Positions 51,118-61,481 of a stretch of 64,000 bases of DNA are shown in pieces. Each line of letters begins with the position of its first letter. Positions within the stretch are counted from its first letter, which is position 1. This DNA is from an uncultured Gemmatimonadales bacterium. GTDB lineage: Bacteria > Gemmatimonadota > Gemmatimonadetes > Longimicrobiales > RSA9. A model generated the notes under the pieces. It was not told the DNA's origin. It did no database searches and saw nothing but the letters and a program-made list of their open reading frames with translations. The DNA is taken from contig OY970192.1 in the NCBI GenBank assembly GCA_963708135.1, positions 864,001 to 928,000 on the forward strand, read 5' to 3'. The translations under genes were made by a program, and so were the position numbers.

Positions 51118-52157
51118 GGCAGAAGAGCCCGGTCCGCACGGCCGTGGTCGGCTGTGGCTACTGGGGCAAGAACCTGGTCCGCACCTTCTCCGCGCTCTCG
51201 GAGCTGCGGGCGTGCGTGGACAGCGATCCGGCGGTCCGCGCGCGCATCGCGGCCCAGTATCCGACCGCGCGCGTCGCACCGCAGATCGAGGCCGTTCTGG
51301 CCGACCCCTCGATCGACGCCGTCGTGCTGGCTACGCCGGCACCGACACATGCCGATCTGGCGGTCGCGGCGCTCGCGGCGGGGAAGCACGTATTCGTCGA
51401 GAAGCCGCTGGCGCTGCGCGAGATCGACGCCGCGCGGGTCGTCAACGCGGCGGGCGCCGCCGGCCGCATCCTCATGGTGGGGCACCTGCTCGAGTACCAC
51501 CCGGCGGTCAACTACCTCCGCGACCTGATCCGGAGCGGCGACCTCGGGAAGGTCTATTACATGTACAGCCAGCGGGTGAACCTCGGGAAGGTGAGGGCGG
51601 AGGAGAACGCCCTCTGGAGCCTCGCCCCGCACGACATCTCCGTCGCCCTGTATCTCATGGAGGAGGAGCCCGAGGAAGTGCAGGCAACCGGCCAGGCCTT
51701 CCTCCAGGGGGGCGTCGAGGACGTGGCGTTCCTGACCCTCAAGTTCGGCTCCGGTCGCGTCGCCCAGATCCACGTCAGCTGGCTCGATCCCCACAAGGAG
51801 CGCAGGCTGACCATCGTCGGCTCTCGCAAGATGGCGACCTTCGACGACACCAGCGCGCAGGAGAAGATCCGCATCTACGACAAGGGCGTGGACCGCCGCA
51901 TGAACGAGGCGGCCGATTACGCCGGGCTCGCCGACCTGCTGGCCCTGCGGGAAGGCGACATCGTCATCCCGCGGATCCCGCCGCAGGAGCCGCTCGCGCT
52001 CGAGTGCGGCGAGTTCCTGCGCGCCGTCGAGAGCGGCATCCCGCCCCGCAGCGACGGTCACGACGGGCTGGCGGTGGTGCGCGTGCTGGAGGCAGCCGAG
52101 CGCGCTCTGCGCGCGAACCAGATCGTCTTCGACGAGGCGCGCGCGTGGGCGAGATGA
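51114..52157 (+). CDS. Gfo/Idh/MocA oxidoreductase (WbpB/WlbA-like sugar 3-dehydrogenase)
   Basis: GCGYWG, VEKPL, HDIS. Confidence 0.9.
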   Translation: MRQKSPVRTAVVGCGYWGKNLVRTFSALSELRACVDSDPAVRARIAAQYPTARVAPQIEAVLADPSIDAVVLATPAPTHADLAVAALAAGKHVFVEKPLALREIDAARVVNAAGAAGRILMVGHLLEYHPAVNYLRDLIRSGDLGKVYYMYSQRVNLGKVRAEENALWSLAPHDISVALYLMEEEPEEVQATGQAFLQGGVEDVAFLTLKFGSGRVAQIHVSWLDPHKERRLTIVGSRKMATFDDTSAQEKIRIYDKGVDRRMNEAADYAGLADLLALREGDIVIPRIPPQEPLALECGEFLRAVESGIPPRSDGHDGLAVVRVLEAAERALRANQIVFDEARAWAR

Positions 52158-52786
52158 GGACCATGCCGGGCGGCTGGCAGGCCCACGAGTCGAGCTACGT
52201 GGACGAAGGCGCCCGCATCGGCACCGGCGCCAGGATCTGGCACTTCTGCCACGTCATGGCCGGGGCCGACATCGGCGAGGGCTGCTCGCTCGGCCAGAAC
52301 GTGGTGGTCATGCCGCGCGTCCGTCTCGGCCGCAACGTGAAGGTCCAGAACAACGTCAGCATCTACGAGGGCGTGGTCTGCGAGGACGATGTCTTCCTCG
52401 GGCCCTCCATGGTGTTCACCAACGTCCTGAACCCCCGCAGCCATGTCCCGCGGAAGCACGAGTACCGCCCGACTCACGTTGGACGCGGCGCCTCCATCGG
52501 CGCCAACGCCACCATCGTCTGCGGCCACGACCTGGGCGAGTACAGCTTCATCGGCGCCGGCGCCGTGGTCACGAGCCACGTGCCGGCCTACGCCCTCATG
52601 GTCGGCGTGCCCGCGCGCCGCGCGGGGTGGATGTGCCGGTGCGGCGCGCCGCTGGGCGACACCGCCCCGGGCGGAGCGCTCCACTGCCCGGCGTGCGGCG
52701 CGGCCTACCGCCGCCTCTCCGAGAGCGAGCTCGCGCCGGCCGACTCCGTTTCCGCGGGGCCGACGCTGCCCGCCACCCTGGCCTAG
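52154..52786 (+). CDS. Hexapeptide-repeat N-acetyltransferase (WbpD/WlbB-like)
   Basis: IWHFCHV, KVQNNVSIYEGV, GPSMVFTNVLNPRS, C-terminal Cys motif. Confidence 0.92.
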   Translation: MRTMPGGWQAHESSYVDEGARIGTGARIWHFCHVMAGADIGEGCSLGQNVVVMPRVRLGRNVKVQNNVSIYEGVVCEDDVFLGPSMVFTNVLNPRSHVPRKHEYRPTHVGRGASIGANATIVCGHDLGEYSFIGAGAVVTSHVPAYALMVGVPARRAGWMCRCGAPLGDTAPGGALHCPACGAAYRRLSESELAPADSVSAGPTLPATLA

Positions 52787-52843
52787 CGGCTTGCCGCTCC
52801 GGTTCGGGGTCGGCGGATCCACGGGCCTCCGCGGAAGCGTCCG

Positions 52844-53821
52844 ATGGAGCTGACGGGCAAGCGGATCCTGGTCATCGGCGGCGCCGGCTTCATCGGCAGC
52901 CACGTGGTGGCCGAGCTGCTGGGGACGGATGTGGGCGAGGTCGTCATCTTCGACAACTTCGCGCGCGGCCGGATGAGCAACATCGAGCCCTACCTGGAGG
53001 ATGCGCGCTGTTCCGTGTTCCCCGACGGCGGCGACATCCGCGATACCGACGTGCTCGACGCCGCAATGCGGGGCGCCCACGGGGTGGTGCATCTCGCCGC
53101 CATGTGGCTGCTGCACTGCAAGGACTACCCGCGCACAGCCTTCCACGTGAACGTTGAGGGCACCTTCAACGTGCTCGAGGCGTGCGTCCGTCACGACGTC
53201 GAGCGCCTCGTCTACTCGTCCTCCGCCTCGGTCTACGGCGACGCCGTCGAGGTCCCGATGACGGAGGCGCACCCCTTCAACAATCGCAACTTCTACGGCG
53301 CCACGAAGATCGCGGGCGAGGCCATGTGCCGGGCGTTCCACGACCGGTACGGCCTGAGCTACGTCGGCCTGCGCTACATGAACGTCTACGGCCCCCACCA
53401 GGACCAGACCGCCGTCTACACCGGCGTCATCCCGATCGTGCTGAACAGGATCGACACCGGCGAAGCGCCGGTCGTGAACGGCGACGGCACGCAGGCCTAC
53501 GACTTCATCACCGCACGCGACGTCGCGCGCTGCAACGTAGTCGCCCTCCGCTCGGACGTCGCCGACGAGTTCTACAACGTGGGGACAGGTGTCCAGACGA
53601 GCATCCGTGAGCTGTGCGAGCTGATCCTCGAGCTCGCGGATTCGCCGCTCGAGGTCACCTACCGCCCCTACGGCGCGGACGACGCGCGGCGCCTCGTGCA
53701 GAACCGCATCGGCTCGCCGGTGAAGGCGCGCGAGGAGCTCGGCTTCGACTACCGTGACTCGCTCCGCGATGGGCTGCGCGAGCTCATCGCCTGGCGCGCG
53801 GCGCACGAGGGACAGTGGTGA
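52844..53821 (+). CDS. NAD-dependent nucleotide-sugar epimerase/dehydratase
   Basis: [26 protein letters not shown]. Confidence 0.92.
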   Translation: MELTGKRILVIGGAGFIGSHVVAELLGTDVGEVVIFDNFARGRMSNIEPYLEDARCSVFPDGGDIRDTDVLDAAMRGAHGVVHLAAMWLLHCKDYPRTAFHVNVEGTFNVLEACVRHDVERLVYSSSASVYGDAVEVPMTEAHPFNNRNFYGATKIAGEAMCRAFHDRYGLSYVGLRYMNVYGPHQDQTAVYTGVIPIVLNRIDTGEAPVVNGDGTQAYDFITARDVARCNVVALRSDVADEFYNVGTGVQTSIRELCELILELADSPLEVTYRPYGADDARRLVQNRIGSPVKAREELGFDYRDSLRDGLRELIAWRAAHEGQW

Positions 53822-54969
53822 AGACCCTCCGCCGGATCGCGATCTCGCAGCCGTCCACGGGCGAGGAGGAGTGGCTCGCGCTGCGCGAGCCGCTCGAGAG
53901 CGGCTGGCTCACTCAGGGACCCCGCGTCGCCGCGTTCGAGAAGGCCTTCGCCGAGCGCCACCGGGTCAACCACGCACTGGCGGTGACCAGCTGCACGGCG
54001 GGACTGCACCTCCTGCTCGCCGCCGCCGGGATCGGCCCCGGCGACGAGGTCATCGTGCCCGCGTTCACCTGGGTGGCCACCGCCAACGCCGTGCTCTACA
54101 CGGGAGCGACGCCCGTCTTCGCCGACGTGAGCCCGCTCACGAACAACCTGGACGTTGCCGATCTCTCCCGGCGGATCACCCCGCGCACCCGCGCCGTCCT
54201 CGCTGTCCACCTGTTCGGCCTGTGCGCCGACGTGGACGCGATCCGCGCCGTCCTGCCCGACGGCGTCCTGCTGTTCGAGGATGCCGCCTGCGCCGCAGGC
54301 GCGAGCTACCGCGGCCGGGCCGCCGGCGGGCTCGGCGATGCGGCGGCCTTTTCGTTCCATCCGCGCAAGTCGATCACCACGGGCGAGGGCGGGATGCTGA
54401 CCACGAACGACGCGGCGCTCGCCGAGGCGGCGAACCGGCTGCGGAACCACGGCGCCAGCGTCTCGGAGGAGCAGCGCCACCTGGGCCGGCGGCCGTTCCT
54501 GCTGCCCGAGTTCGAGGTCCTCGGCTTCAACTACCGCATGACGGACCTGCAGGGCGCGATCGGGCTCGTCCAGCTCGGCAAGCTGGACCGCTTCATCGCC
54601 GAGCGGCAGCGCGCGGCGGAGTTCTACCGCGACGCCCTGGCGGAGCTCTCCTGGCTCCGCATGCCCCTCTTCCCGGAGGGCGGTGGCCATGCCTGGCAGG
54701 CGTTCGTCACGTACGTGGACCCCTCGGCGGCGCCGATGCCGCGGAACGAGCTCATGGAGGCGCTCGAGGAGCGCGGCGTCGCCACGCGGCCCGGCACCCA
54801 CGCGGTCCATATGCTCGGCTACTACCGCGACCGCTTCGGCCTTCGGCCGGAGGATTACCCGGGCGCCCGGGCCTGTAACGACCACACGATGGCCATTCCC
54901 CTGCACAACCGCATGGACGAGGAGGACTACGCGTACGTGGCGGAGTGCCTGAGGGAGGTCGGCGGCTGA
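53815..54969 (+). CDS. DegT/DnrJ aminotransferase
   Basis: SCTAGLH, EDAAC, SFHPRKSITTGEGG, GFNYRMTD. Confidence 0.92.
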   Translation: MVKTLRRIAISQPSTGEEEWLALREPLESGWLTQGPRVAAFEKAFAERHRVNHALAVTSCTAGLHLLLAAAGIGPGDEVIVPAFTWVATANAVLYTGATPVFADVSPLTNNLDVADLSRRITPRTRAVLAVHLFGLCADVDAIRAVLPDGVLLFEDAACAAGASYRGRAAGGLGDAAAFSFHPRKSITTGEGGMLTTNDAALAEAANRLRNHGASVSEEQRHLGRRPFLLPEFEVLGFNYRMTDLQGAIGLVQLGKLDRFIAERQRAAEFYRDALAELSWLRMPLFPEGGGHAWQAFVTYVDPSAAPMPRNELMEALEERGVATRPGTHAVHMLGYYRDRFGLRPEDYPGARACNDHTMAIPLHNRMDEEDYAYVAECLREVGG

Positions 54970-54994
54970 CGCAGCCGGAGCGGACGGACTCGAC

Positions 54995-56872
54995 ATGTGT
55001 GGCATCACCGGCGTCCTGAGCCTGCGCGGCGAGGCGGCTTCCCCGGGCGTCCTGCAGCGGATGGCCCGGGCGATCGCGCACCGGGGCCCCGATGGCGAGG
55101 GCGTCCACACCGACGGCCCGCTCGGTTTCGCGCACCGCCGGCTGGCCATCATCGACCTCTCGCCCGCCGGCCGGCAGCCGATGGTCACCGACGACGGCGC
55201 CGTCGCCCTCACCTACAACGGCGAGGTCTACAACTTCCGCGAGCTCCGGAGGGAGCTCGAGGGGCTCGGTCACGCGTTCCGCTCGCGCACGGACTCCGAG
55301 GTGGTGCTCCGCTCCTGGGTCGAGTGGGGCGCCGACTGCGTCACCCGCTTCAACGGCATGTTCGCCTTCGCCGTCTGGGACCGGCGCGAAAACGCGCTGT
55401 TCCTGGTGCGCGACCGCTACGGCGTGAAGCCGCTCTATCACGCTTGCTTCGACGGCACGTTCCTCTTCGGCTCCGAGCAGAAGGCGATCCTGCAGCACCC
55501 CGCCGCCCGTCGCGAGCTCGACCGGCGCGCGCTCCTCGAGTACTTCACCTTCCAGAACATCTTTACGGATCGGACGCTCCTGGAGGGCATCCGGCTGCTG
55601 CCTCCCGCGAGCGTCGCCCGCGTGGATGCCTGCGGCGACGGGACGATCTCCATCGCGCGCTACTGGGACTACTGCTTCCGGGAACCGGACCGCCCCGTGG
55701 ACGTGCGGGAGTACAGGGAGGAGCTCGGCCGGCTGCTCGAGCAGGCCGTACGGAGACAGCTCGTCACCGACGTGGAGCTCGGGTCCTACCTCTCCGGTGG
55801 CATGGACTCCGGCACCCTGACGGCGCTCGCCGCCCGCGAGCTGCCCTACATCAAGACGTTCACCTGCGGCTTCGACCTGAGCTCCGCCTCCGGGTTGGAG
55901 CTCGCCTACGACGAGCGCACGCGCGCCGAGGCGATGTCCGCCCGCTTCCGGACCGAGCACTACGAGATGGTCCTCAAGGCGGGCGACATGGAGCGCTGCA
56001 TGCCCCGCCTCGCCTGGCACATCGAGGAGCCGAGGGTCGGGCAGAGCTACCCGAACTTCTACGCCGCCCAGCTGGCCGGGAAGTTCGTCTCCGTCGTCCT
56101 GAGCGGCGCCGGCGGCGACGAGCTCTTCGCCGGCTACCCGTGGCGCTACTACCGCGCCGTCGGCGCCAACGGCTTCGAGGAGTACATCGACCGCTATTAC
56201 CTCTACTGGCAGCGGCTGGTGGACAACCGCGACCTGAAGCGGCTGTTCCGCCCCGTCTGGTGCGATGTCGAGGATGTGTGGACGCGCGACATCTTCCGCG
56301 ATGTCTTCCTCACCCACGCGAGCGGGCTCGAGCGGCCCGAGGACTACATCAACCACTCGCTCTACTTCGAGGCCAAGACGTTCCTGCACGGCCTGTTCGT
56401 GGTCGAGGACAAGCTCAGCATGGCACACGGGCTCGAGACGCGAGTCCCGTTCATGGACAACGACCTGGTGGACTTCGCCATGCGCTGCCCCGTCGCGCTC
56501 AAGCTCAACAACCTGACCGAGGTCGTACGCATCGACGAGAACCTGTCCGGCGACAAGCAGGGCCAGTTCTTCCAGAAGACCAGGGACGGCAAGCAGATCC
56601 TGCGCGATGTCATGGAGCGCTACGTCACTGCCGATATCTCGGGCGCGGTCAAGCAGGGCTTCTCCGCGCCCGACGCCAGCTGGTTCAAGGGCGAGAGCAT
56701 CGAGTTCGTCAGGCGGAAGCTCTTCGATCCGAACGCCCGGATCTACGACGTGCTGGATCGCGCCACGGTTCAGGAGCTCGTGTGTCAGCACCTGTCCGGC
56801 GCCGAGAACCGCCGCCTCCTCATCTGGTCGCTGCTGAGCATCGAGGAGGCGCTCGCCAGGGGGTTCGCATGA
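54995..56872 (+). CDS. AsnB-like glutamine amidotransferase (probably sugar amidation)
   Basis: MCGI, HRGPD, YNGEVYN, LSGGMDS, ETRVPF. Confidence 0.93.
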   Translation: MCGITGVLSLRGEAASPGVLQRMARAIAHRGPDGEGVHTDGPLGFAHRRLAIIDLSPAGRQPMVTDDGAVALTYNGEVYNFRELRRELEGLGHAFRSRTDSEVVLRSWVEWGADCVTRFNGMFAFAVWDRRENALFLVRDRYGVKPLYHACFDGTFLFGSEQKAILQHPAARRELDRRALLEYFTFQNIFTDRTLLEGIRLLPPASVARVDACGDGTISIARYWDYCFREPDRPVDVREYREELGRLLEQAVRRQLVTDVELGSYLSGGMDSGTLTALAARELPYIKTFTCGFDLSSASGLELAYDERTRAEAMSARFRTEHYEMVLKAGDMERCMPRLAWHIEEPRVGQSYPNFYAAQLAGKFVSVVLSGAGGDELFAGYPWRYYRAVGANGFEEYIDRYYLYWQRLVDNRDLKRLFRPVWCDVEDVWTRDIFRDVFLTHASGLERPEDYINHSLYFEAKTFLHGLFVVEDKLSMAHGLETRVPFMDNDLVDFAMRCPVALKLNNLTEVVRIDENLSGDKQGQFFQKTRDGKQILRDVMERYVTADISGAVKQGFSAPDASWFKGESIEFVRRKLFDPNARIYDVLDRATVQELVCQHLSGAENRRLLIWSLLSIEEALARGFA

Positions 56873-57984
56873 CGCCTGCGCCCGCCCGTCTCGCGCGCTC
56901 GGGAGCGCGCGCACCGGGCACCGCCGGCGGCGGGTCTTTCGCCGGGCCGTTCATCCCGCACTCGGCGCCCTGGATCGTGGAGGAGGACCGGGAAGCCGTC
57001 GCCCGCACGCTCGAGGGCGGGCAGATCGCCGCCGGCGCGCTCGCCGCGGATCTCGAGCGCGAGGTCGCCGCCAGGCACGGGGCGCTCGGCGCCGTCGCCG
57101 CCGGGAGCGGGACGGCGGCGCTCGCCCTCGCGCTGCGCGGTCTCGGCGTCGGCCCGGGCGACGAGGTGGTGCTGCCCACCTACGTCTGCCGCGCCGTGCT
57201 CGACGCTGTCGCCGCGTCGGGTGCCGCTCCGGTCCTGTGCGACGTATCCGAAGGCTGGCTCATGACCCCAGCGACCGTCGCGTCTCGCGTCGGTCCGCGG
57301 ACCCGTGCAGTGATCGTGGTGCATCTGTTCGGGATCGCCGCCGACACCGCCGGCATCCTCGAGCTCGGCATTCCGGTGGTGGAGGACTGCTGCCAGGCGT
57401 TCGGGGCGCCGGCCCCGGGTGGTGTGGTCGGCCGGGCCGGCGCGTGCGCTGTCTTCTCGTTCCACGCCACCAAGTGCCTGACGGCGGGGGAGGGGGGTGC
57501 GGTGGCCTCGGGGGACGCAGCCCTCCTGGCCCGGATCCGAGCGGCGCGAGCGGCGCGCGCCGTGCCCGCGCCGCTCAGCGACCTGCAGTCCGCACTCGGC
57601 CTTAGCCAGCTGCGCAGGTACGCCGCGTTCCTGGAGGCACGCGCGGCCCAGGCGCAGGAGTACTTCGGGGCGCTGCCGGACTCGCTCACGGCGCCCCTGC
57701 GCGCGCTCGCGGCCCGTTCCATGTTCTTCCGCTTCCCGCTGCGGCTGCCGGCGCCGGACGCATCCGCGTTCGAGCGTGCGCGCCGCTTCTTCGAGGCGCG
57801 TGGGATCGCGGTGAGACGGGGCGTCGATGCGCTGCTGCACCGCGAGCTCGGATTTCCCGACGCCTCGTTCCCCGGCGCGGTCCGCTGCTTCGATGCGACG
57901 CTCTCTATTCCGCTGCGTCCGGGCCTCGGCCCGGAGGCGCGGGTCAGGATCATCGATGGAGTCCGTGAGTACCTGGGAGCGTGA
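56869..57984 (+). CDS. Divergent DegT/DnrJ aminotransferase
   Basis: SGTAAL, VHLFG, EDCCQ, SFHATKCLTAGEGG; ATGA overlap. Confidence 0.85.
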   Translation: MTPAPARLARSGARAPGTAGGGSFAGPFIPHSAPWIVEEDREAVARTLEGGQIAAGALAADLEREVAARHGALGAVAAGSGTAALALALRGLGVGPGDEVVLPTYVCRAVLDAVAASGAAPVLCDVSEGWLMTPATVASRVGPRTRAVIVVHLFGIAADTAGILELGIPVVEDCCQAFGAPAPGGVVGRAGACAVFSFHATKCLTAGEGGAVASGDAALLARIRAARAARAVPAPLSDLQSALGLSQLRRYAAFLEARAAQAQEYFGALPDSLTAPLRALAARSMFFRFPLRLPAPDASAFERARRFFEARGIAVRRGVDALLHRELGFPDASFPGAVRCFDATLSIPLRPGLGPEARVRIIDGVREYLGA

Positions 57985-58597
57985 GAAGCGCCGGATCGTC
58001 GAGCGCTACGACGCGCGGCTGGCCACGCACGGGCCCGAGTTCGCGGCGCTCAACTCCGGCACGGAGGAGCGGCGGGAGCTTCGTTTCCGGATCCTCGCCG
58101 AGGTCGGGATCCAGCCGGGGGACAGCGTGCTCGACCTGGGCTGCGGCCTCGGCGACTTCTCCGCCCACCTCGCCTCGCGCGGCCTGGAGGTGGACTATAC
58201 GGGCTACGACATCAACCCGGCGCTGGTCGAGGCCGCCCGCTCCCGCCATCCGGGGCGGCGCTTCGAGGTGCGGGACATCCTGGAGGAGCCCTTTCCCGAG
58301 TTCGACTACATCGTCTCCACCTCGTGCTTCAACCTCAGGCTCGCGGAGGCCGACAACTACTCGCTGGCCGCCGAAATGCTGGGGCGTTGCTACGAGCACG
58401 CGCGCCGCGGCGTCAGCATCGACTTCCTGACGTCCTACGTGGATTTCCCCTCCGCCGAGGGGTTCCACTACGAGCCCGAGCGGATCTTCGCCATCGCGAA
58501 GACGCTCACCAAGCGCGTCTGCCTGCGCCACGACTACCCCCTCTTCGAGTTCAATGTGTACCTCTACCGCGACTTCCAGGGCTGGGAAAAACCGTGA
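57956..58597 (+). CDS. Class I SAM-dependent methyltransferase
   Basis: VLDLGCGLG, YTGYDI, FDYIVS, LRHDY. Confidence 0.9.
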   Translation: MESVSTWEREKRRIVERYDARLATHGPEFAALNSGTEERRELRFRILAEVGIQPGDSVLDLGCGLGDFSAHLASRGLEVDYTGYDINPALVEAARSRHPGRRFEVRDILEEPFPEFDYIVSTSCFNLRLAEADNYSLAAEMLGRCYEHARRGVSIDFLTSYVDFPSAEGFHYEPERIFAIAKTLTKRVCLRHDYPLFEFNVYLYRDFQGWEKP

Positions 58598-59463
58598 TCG
58601 TCCTCACCATGGACGTGGACTTCACCGACCATCGCTCCGGCGCGCCGGTGGATGAGATGGAGCTCCTGTTCGCGCCGCTGCGCCGGGTGTGCGCGGAGCT
58701 GCCAGAGGCGCGCTTCACGTGGTTCGTGCGCATCGACGCGGGCATGGCGGAGATCCATGGCCGCCCCGACTGGGCTTTCGAGCGCCACGCGGGAGCGCTC
58801 GACTGGCTGCGGGCCGCCGGGCACGAGATCGCGTGGCATCACCACGCCTACCGTCGCGGGCGCGCGCGTCGCTGGCTGCCGGAGGTGCGCCCGGACCGCG
58901 TCGTCGAGCAGCTGCGCGCCGCGAGCGACGTGGCCCACGCCAATGGACTGCGCTCCACCCGGATGGGATGGGGGTTCCAGGCGAACGAGACCGTCGCCGT
59001 GCTGCCGGCGCTCGGCTGGCCGGTCGACAGCAGCGCCATCCCGCGCCCACGCTATTCCTGGAGCGTCGGCGCCGACTGGGTGCCCACGCCGCAGCACCCC
59101 TACCGGCCCTCGCGTGCCGACTACCGCGTGCCCGGCACGCCGAGCCACGACCTGCTCGAGATCCCGATCACGACCGTGCCGCTGGGGGTGCCAACCGACA
59201 CTGTGCCCGACGTGCGCCGCTACGTGGATCCTGCGTACCACGCGAAGGTATTCGACTGCGCGCTCGCGCGGCTCGGTGACACGGATCCGGTGGTGCTCGT
59301 CTGCCACCCCTACGAGACGGCCGCGGCGAGCGAGCCGCATCCGCTGCTGGCTTTCGACCCGGACGTCTTCCGGCGTAACCTCGAGGTGCTGCTCGCCCGC
59401 TTCGGGCCGACCGCAACGGTTGCCGAGGCGGCCGCGTGCTACGAGACGTGGTTGCCCGCATGA
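58594..59463 (+). CDS. Polysaccharide deacetylase-like (NodB-fold) protein
   Basis: VLTMDVD, TWFV, HEIAWHHH, LLEIPIT, CHPYE. Confidence 0.75.
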   Translation: MIVLTMDVDFTDHRSGAPVDEMELLFAPLRRVCAELPEARFTWFVRIDAGMAEIHGRPDWAFERHAGALDWLRAAGHEIAWHHHAYRRGRARRWLPEVRPDRVVEQLRAASDVAHANGLRSTRMGWGFQANETVAVLPALGWPVDSSAIPRPRYSWSVGADWVPTPQHPYRPSRADYRVPGTPSHDLLEIPITTVPLGVPTDTVPDVRRYVDPAYHAKVFDCALARLGDTDPVVLVCHPYETAAASEPHPLLAFDPDVFRRNLEVLLARFGPTATVAEAAACYETWLPA

Positions 59464-61481
59464 GGGGAGCCTCGGAGGTGCAGCTCCTTGACACCACGCT
59501 CCGCGACGGCAGCTACGTCGTCGGGTTCCAGCTCACGGCTCAGGACACGGCGGTCATCGCGGCCACGCTCGACGCCAACGGCGTCCCTTTCATCGAGGTC
59601 GGCCACGGGCTGGGGATGAACGCCGGCGCCAACCCGCGCATGCGCGCCGCCTGCTCCGACGAGGATTACCTGCGCGCCGCCGCCGGGGTCGTGCAACGGG
59701 GGCGGTGGGGGATGTTCTTCATTCCGGGCATCGGCCGCATGCGCGATCTCGACCTGGCCGCCTCCTGGGGTATGGGCTTCGTCCGGATCGGGACCAATGT
59801 CACGGAGGTCGAAACGGCCGCCCCCTTCATCGCGCACGCCCGGCGCCTGGGGATGTTCGTCTCGGCGAATTTCATGAAGACCTACGCCGAGCCTCCGGCG
59901 CGCGTCGGCGCGCTCGCCCGGCAGGCCGCCGACTACGGCGCCGACATCGTCTGCATCGTGGATTCTGCGGGCGGCATGTTCCCGGAGGACGTGGCGGCGT
60001 ACTTCGAGGCCGCGCGCGCCGAGACCGAGGTGCCGCTCGGCTTCCACGGGCACAACAACCTCGGCCTCGCCATTGCCAACACCCTGCGCGCGGTCGAACT
60101 GGGTGCCGCGGTCGTGGACACCTCCATCCGCGGAATGGGACGCAGCGCCGGCAACGCGAGCACGGAGATCCTGCTGTTGGCGCTGCGGCGCCGCGGCATT
60201 GAGCTCGGCATCGATCCGCTCCGGATCATGACCATCGCCGAGCGCTGGATCGATCCGATGGTCCGCAGCAGCCCGCAGGTGGACTCGATCGGCATCGTCT
60301 CCGGCTACGCGCAGTTCCACTCCTCCTTCCTGGGCACGGTGCTCGAGCATGCGGGCCGCTTCGGCGTGGACCCACGCGAGCTGATCCTGCGGGTTGCCCG
60401 GGAGGACAAGGTGAACGCGCCGCCGGAGCTCGTCGAGCGGCTGGCGCGCGAGCTCGCGGACCGCCCGGAGGTGCCCCGTCACCTGTCGGTCCGCCCCCCG
60501 GCGGTCGAGCGAGGTGAGGCGGAGACGCCGGCGGCGAGCGCCGCGCGCGTCGCCGCGGACGCGCGCACCGTGGCGCGCAAGCTGGGGAAGACGGCCGTCT
60601 TCAACCTGGTCCAGGCCTCCCGCCCCGGCGCCGGGACCTGCATTTCCGCCACCATCGTCGACGGGCCGTCCTTCGTCACCGCCAGTGCGGAAATCGCGTC
60701 CGCGGTGGACGCGGAGGCCGTCGCGAAGGCCGTGGATGGCATCGTTGCCGCGATCCTGCTCGACTGCGACGCGAAGTCCTCCCTCAGCCGCGCCATCGTG
60801 GAGGCGGTCCGGCGGGCGGCCGCGGGCACGCGCATCCTCCCTTACGGCGACACGGACGCATGGGCACGGAGCGTCGTCGGCCTCGCGCTCGAGCTCGGCG
60901 GCGGCGTTCCCGGATCCGTCGCGCTCGTCGGCGCTACGCCGCTCGCGGAGGAGTGCGCCCGGCGGTTCCGACAGCTCGGCGCCGCCTGCCGGCTCCTCCC
61001 CCCGGACAAGTGGGCTCCAGACGCCGTGGCCCGGGCGGACGTCATTGTCGTTTGCGAGCCGCTCCGCGCGGAGAGTCCCGTGCTCGAGCGGGTTTTCGGC
61101 TCGGCGGGCAACATCGTGATCGACGCGTTGATCGGCGCCCTGCCGGAGGACGCGCTCGGACGCTCCTTCGGTGCCGGACGACCGGTCTTCAGGCCGGACA
61201 TGCGCGCCGTCATCCATGGCGAGATCAGCGCCGCCCTCGGCACCGCGGCCCTGGTCGAGGGCTCGCTGGGGACGGCGGAGATTGCCGGCGTGCGGGTGGC
61301 GGCGGGCGGCCGCGTCGCCCCGCGGGGCACGGTCATCGTGGACTCCGCCCGTGCGCCGACGCGCGTGCTCGGGATCGCCGACGGCCGCGGGTTCCTCCTG
61401 CCCGCCGGCGACCTGGGCGAGGAGATGCGCGCCCGCCTCGACGCCGTGCAGGCGGAGCTCTTCACGGTGGTCGCCGGGTGA
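59460..61481 (+). CDS. DRE-TIM 4-hydroxy-2-oxovalerate aldolase-like domain fused to a ~330-aa C-terminal region of unknown function
   Basis: DTTLRDG, IEVGHG, VDSAG, GFHGHNNLG, GRSAGN, HSSF. Confidence 0.85.
   Translation: MRGASEVQLLDTTLRDGSYVVGFQLTAQDTAVIAATLDANGVPFIEVGHGLGMNAGANPRMRAACSDEDYLRAAAGVVQRGRWGMFFIPGIGRMRDLDLAASWGMGFVRIGTNVTEVETAAPFIAHARRLGMFVSANFMKTYAEPPARVGALARQAADYGADIVCIVDSAGGMFPEDVAAYFEAARAETEVPLGFHGHNNLGLAIANTLRAVELGAAVVDTSIRGMGRSAGNASTEILLLALRRRGIELGIDPLRIMTIAERWIDPMVRSSPQVDSIGIVSGYAQFHSSFLGTVLEHAGRFGVDPRELILRVAREDKVNAPPELVERLARELADRPEVPRHLSVRPPAVERGEAETPAASAARVAADARTVARKLGKTAVFNLVQASRPGAGTCISATIVDGPSFVTASAEIASAVDAEAVAKAVDGIVAAILLDCDAKSSLSRAIVEAVRRAAAGTRILPYGDTDAWARSVVGLALELGGGVPGSVALVGATPLAEECARRFRQLGAACRLLPPDKWAPDAVARADVIVVCEPLRAESPVLERVFGSAGNIVIDALIGALPEDALGRSFGAGRPVFRPDMRAVIHGEISAALGTAALVEGSLGTAEIAGVRVAAGGRVAPRGTVIVDSARAPTRVLGIADGRGFLLPAGDLGEEMRARLDAVQAELFTVVAG

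Noticed and set aside
60717..60745. Self-target for spacer 4032-4064 (both encode AVAKAV)
   Set aside because: The nucleotide match is poor, with mismatches at most third positions; coincidental.
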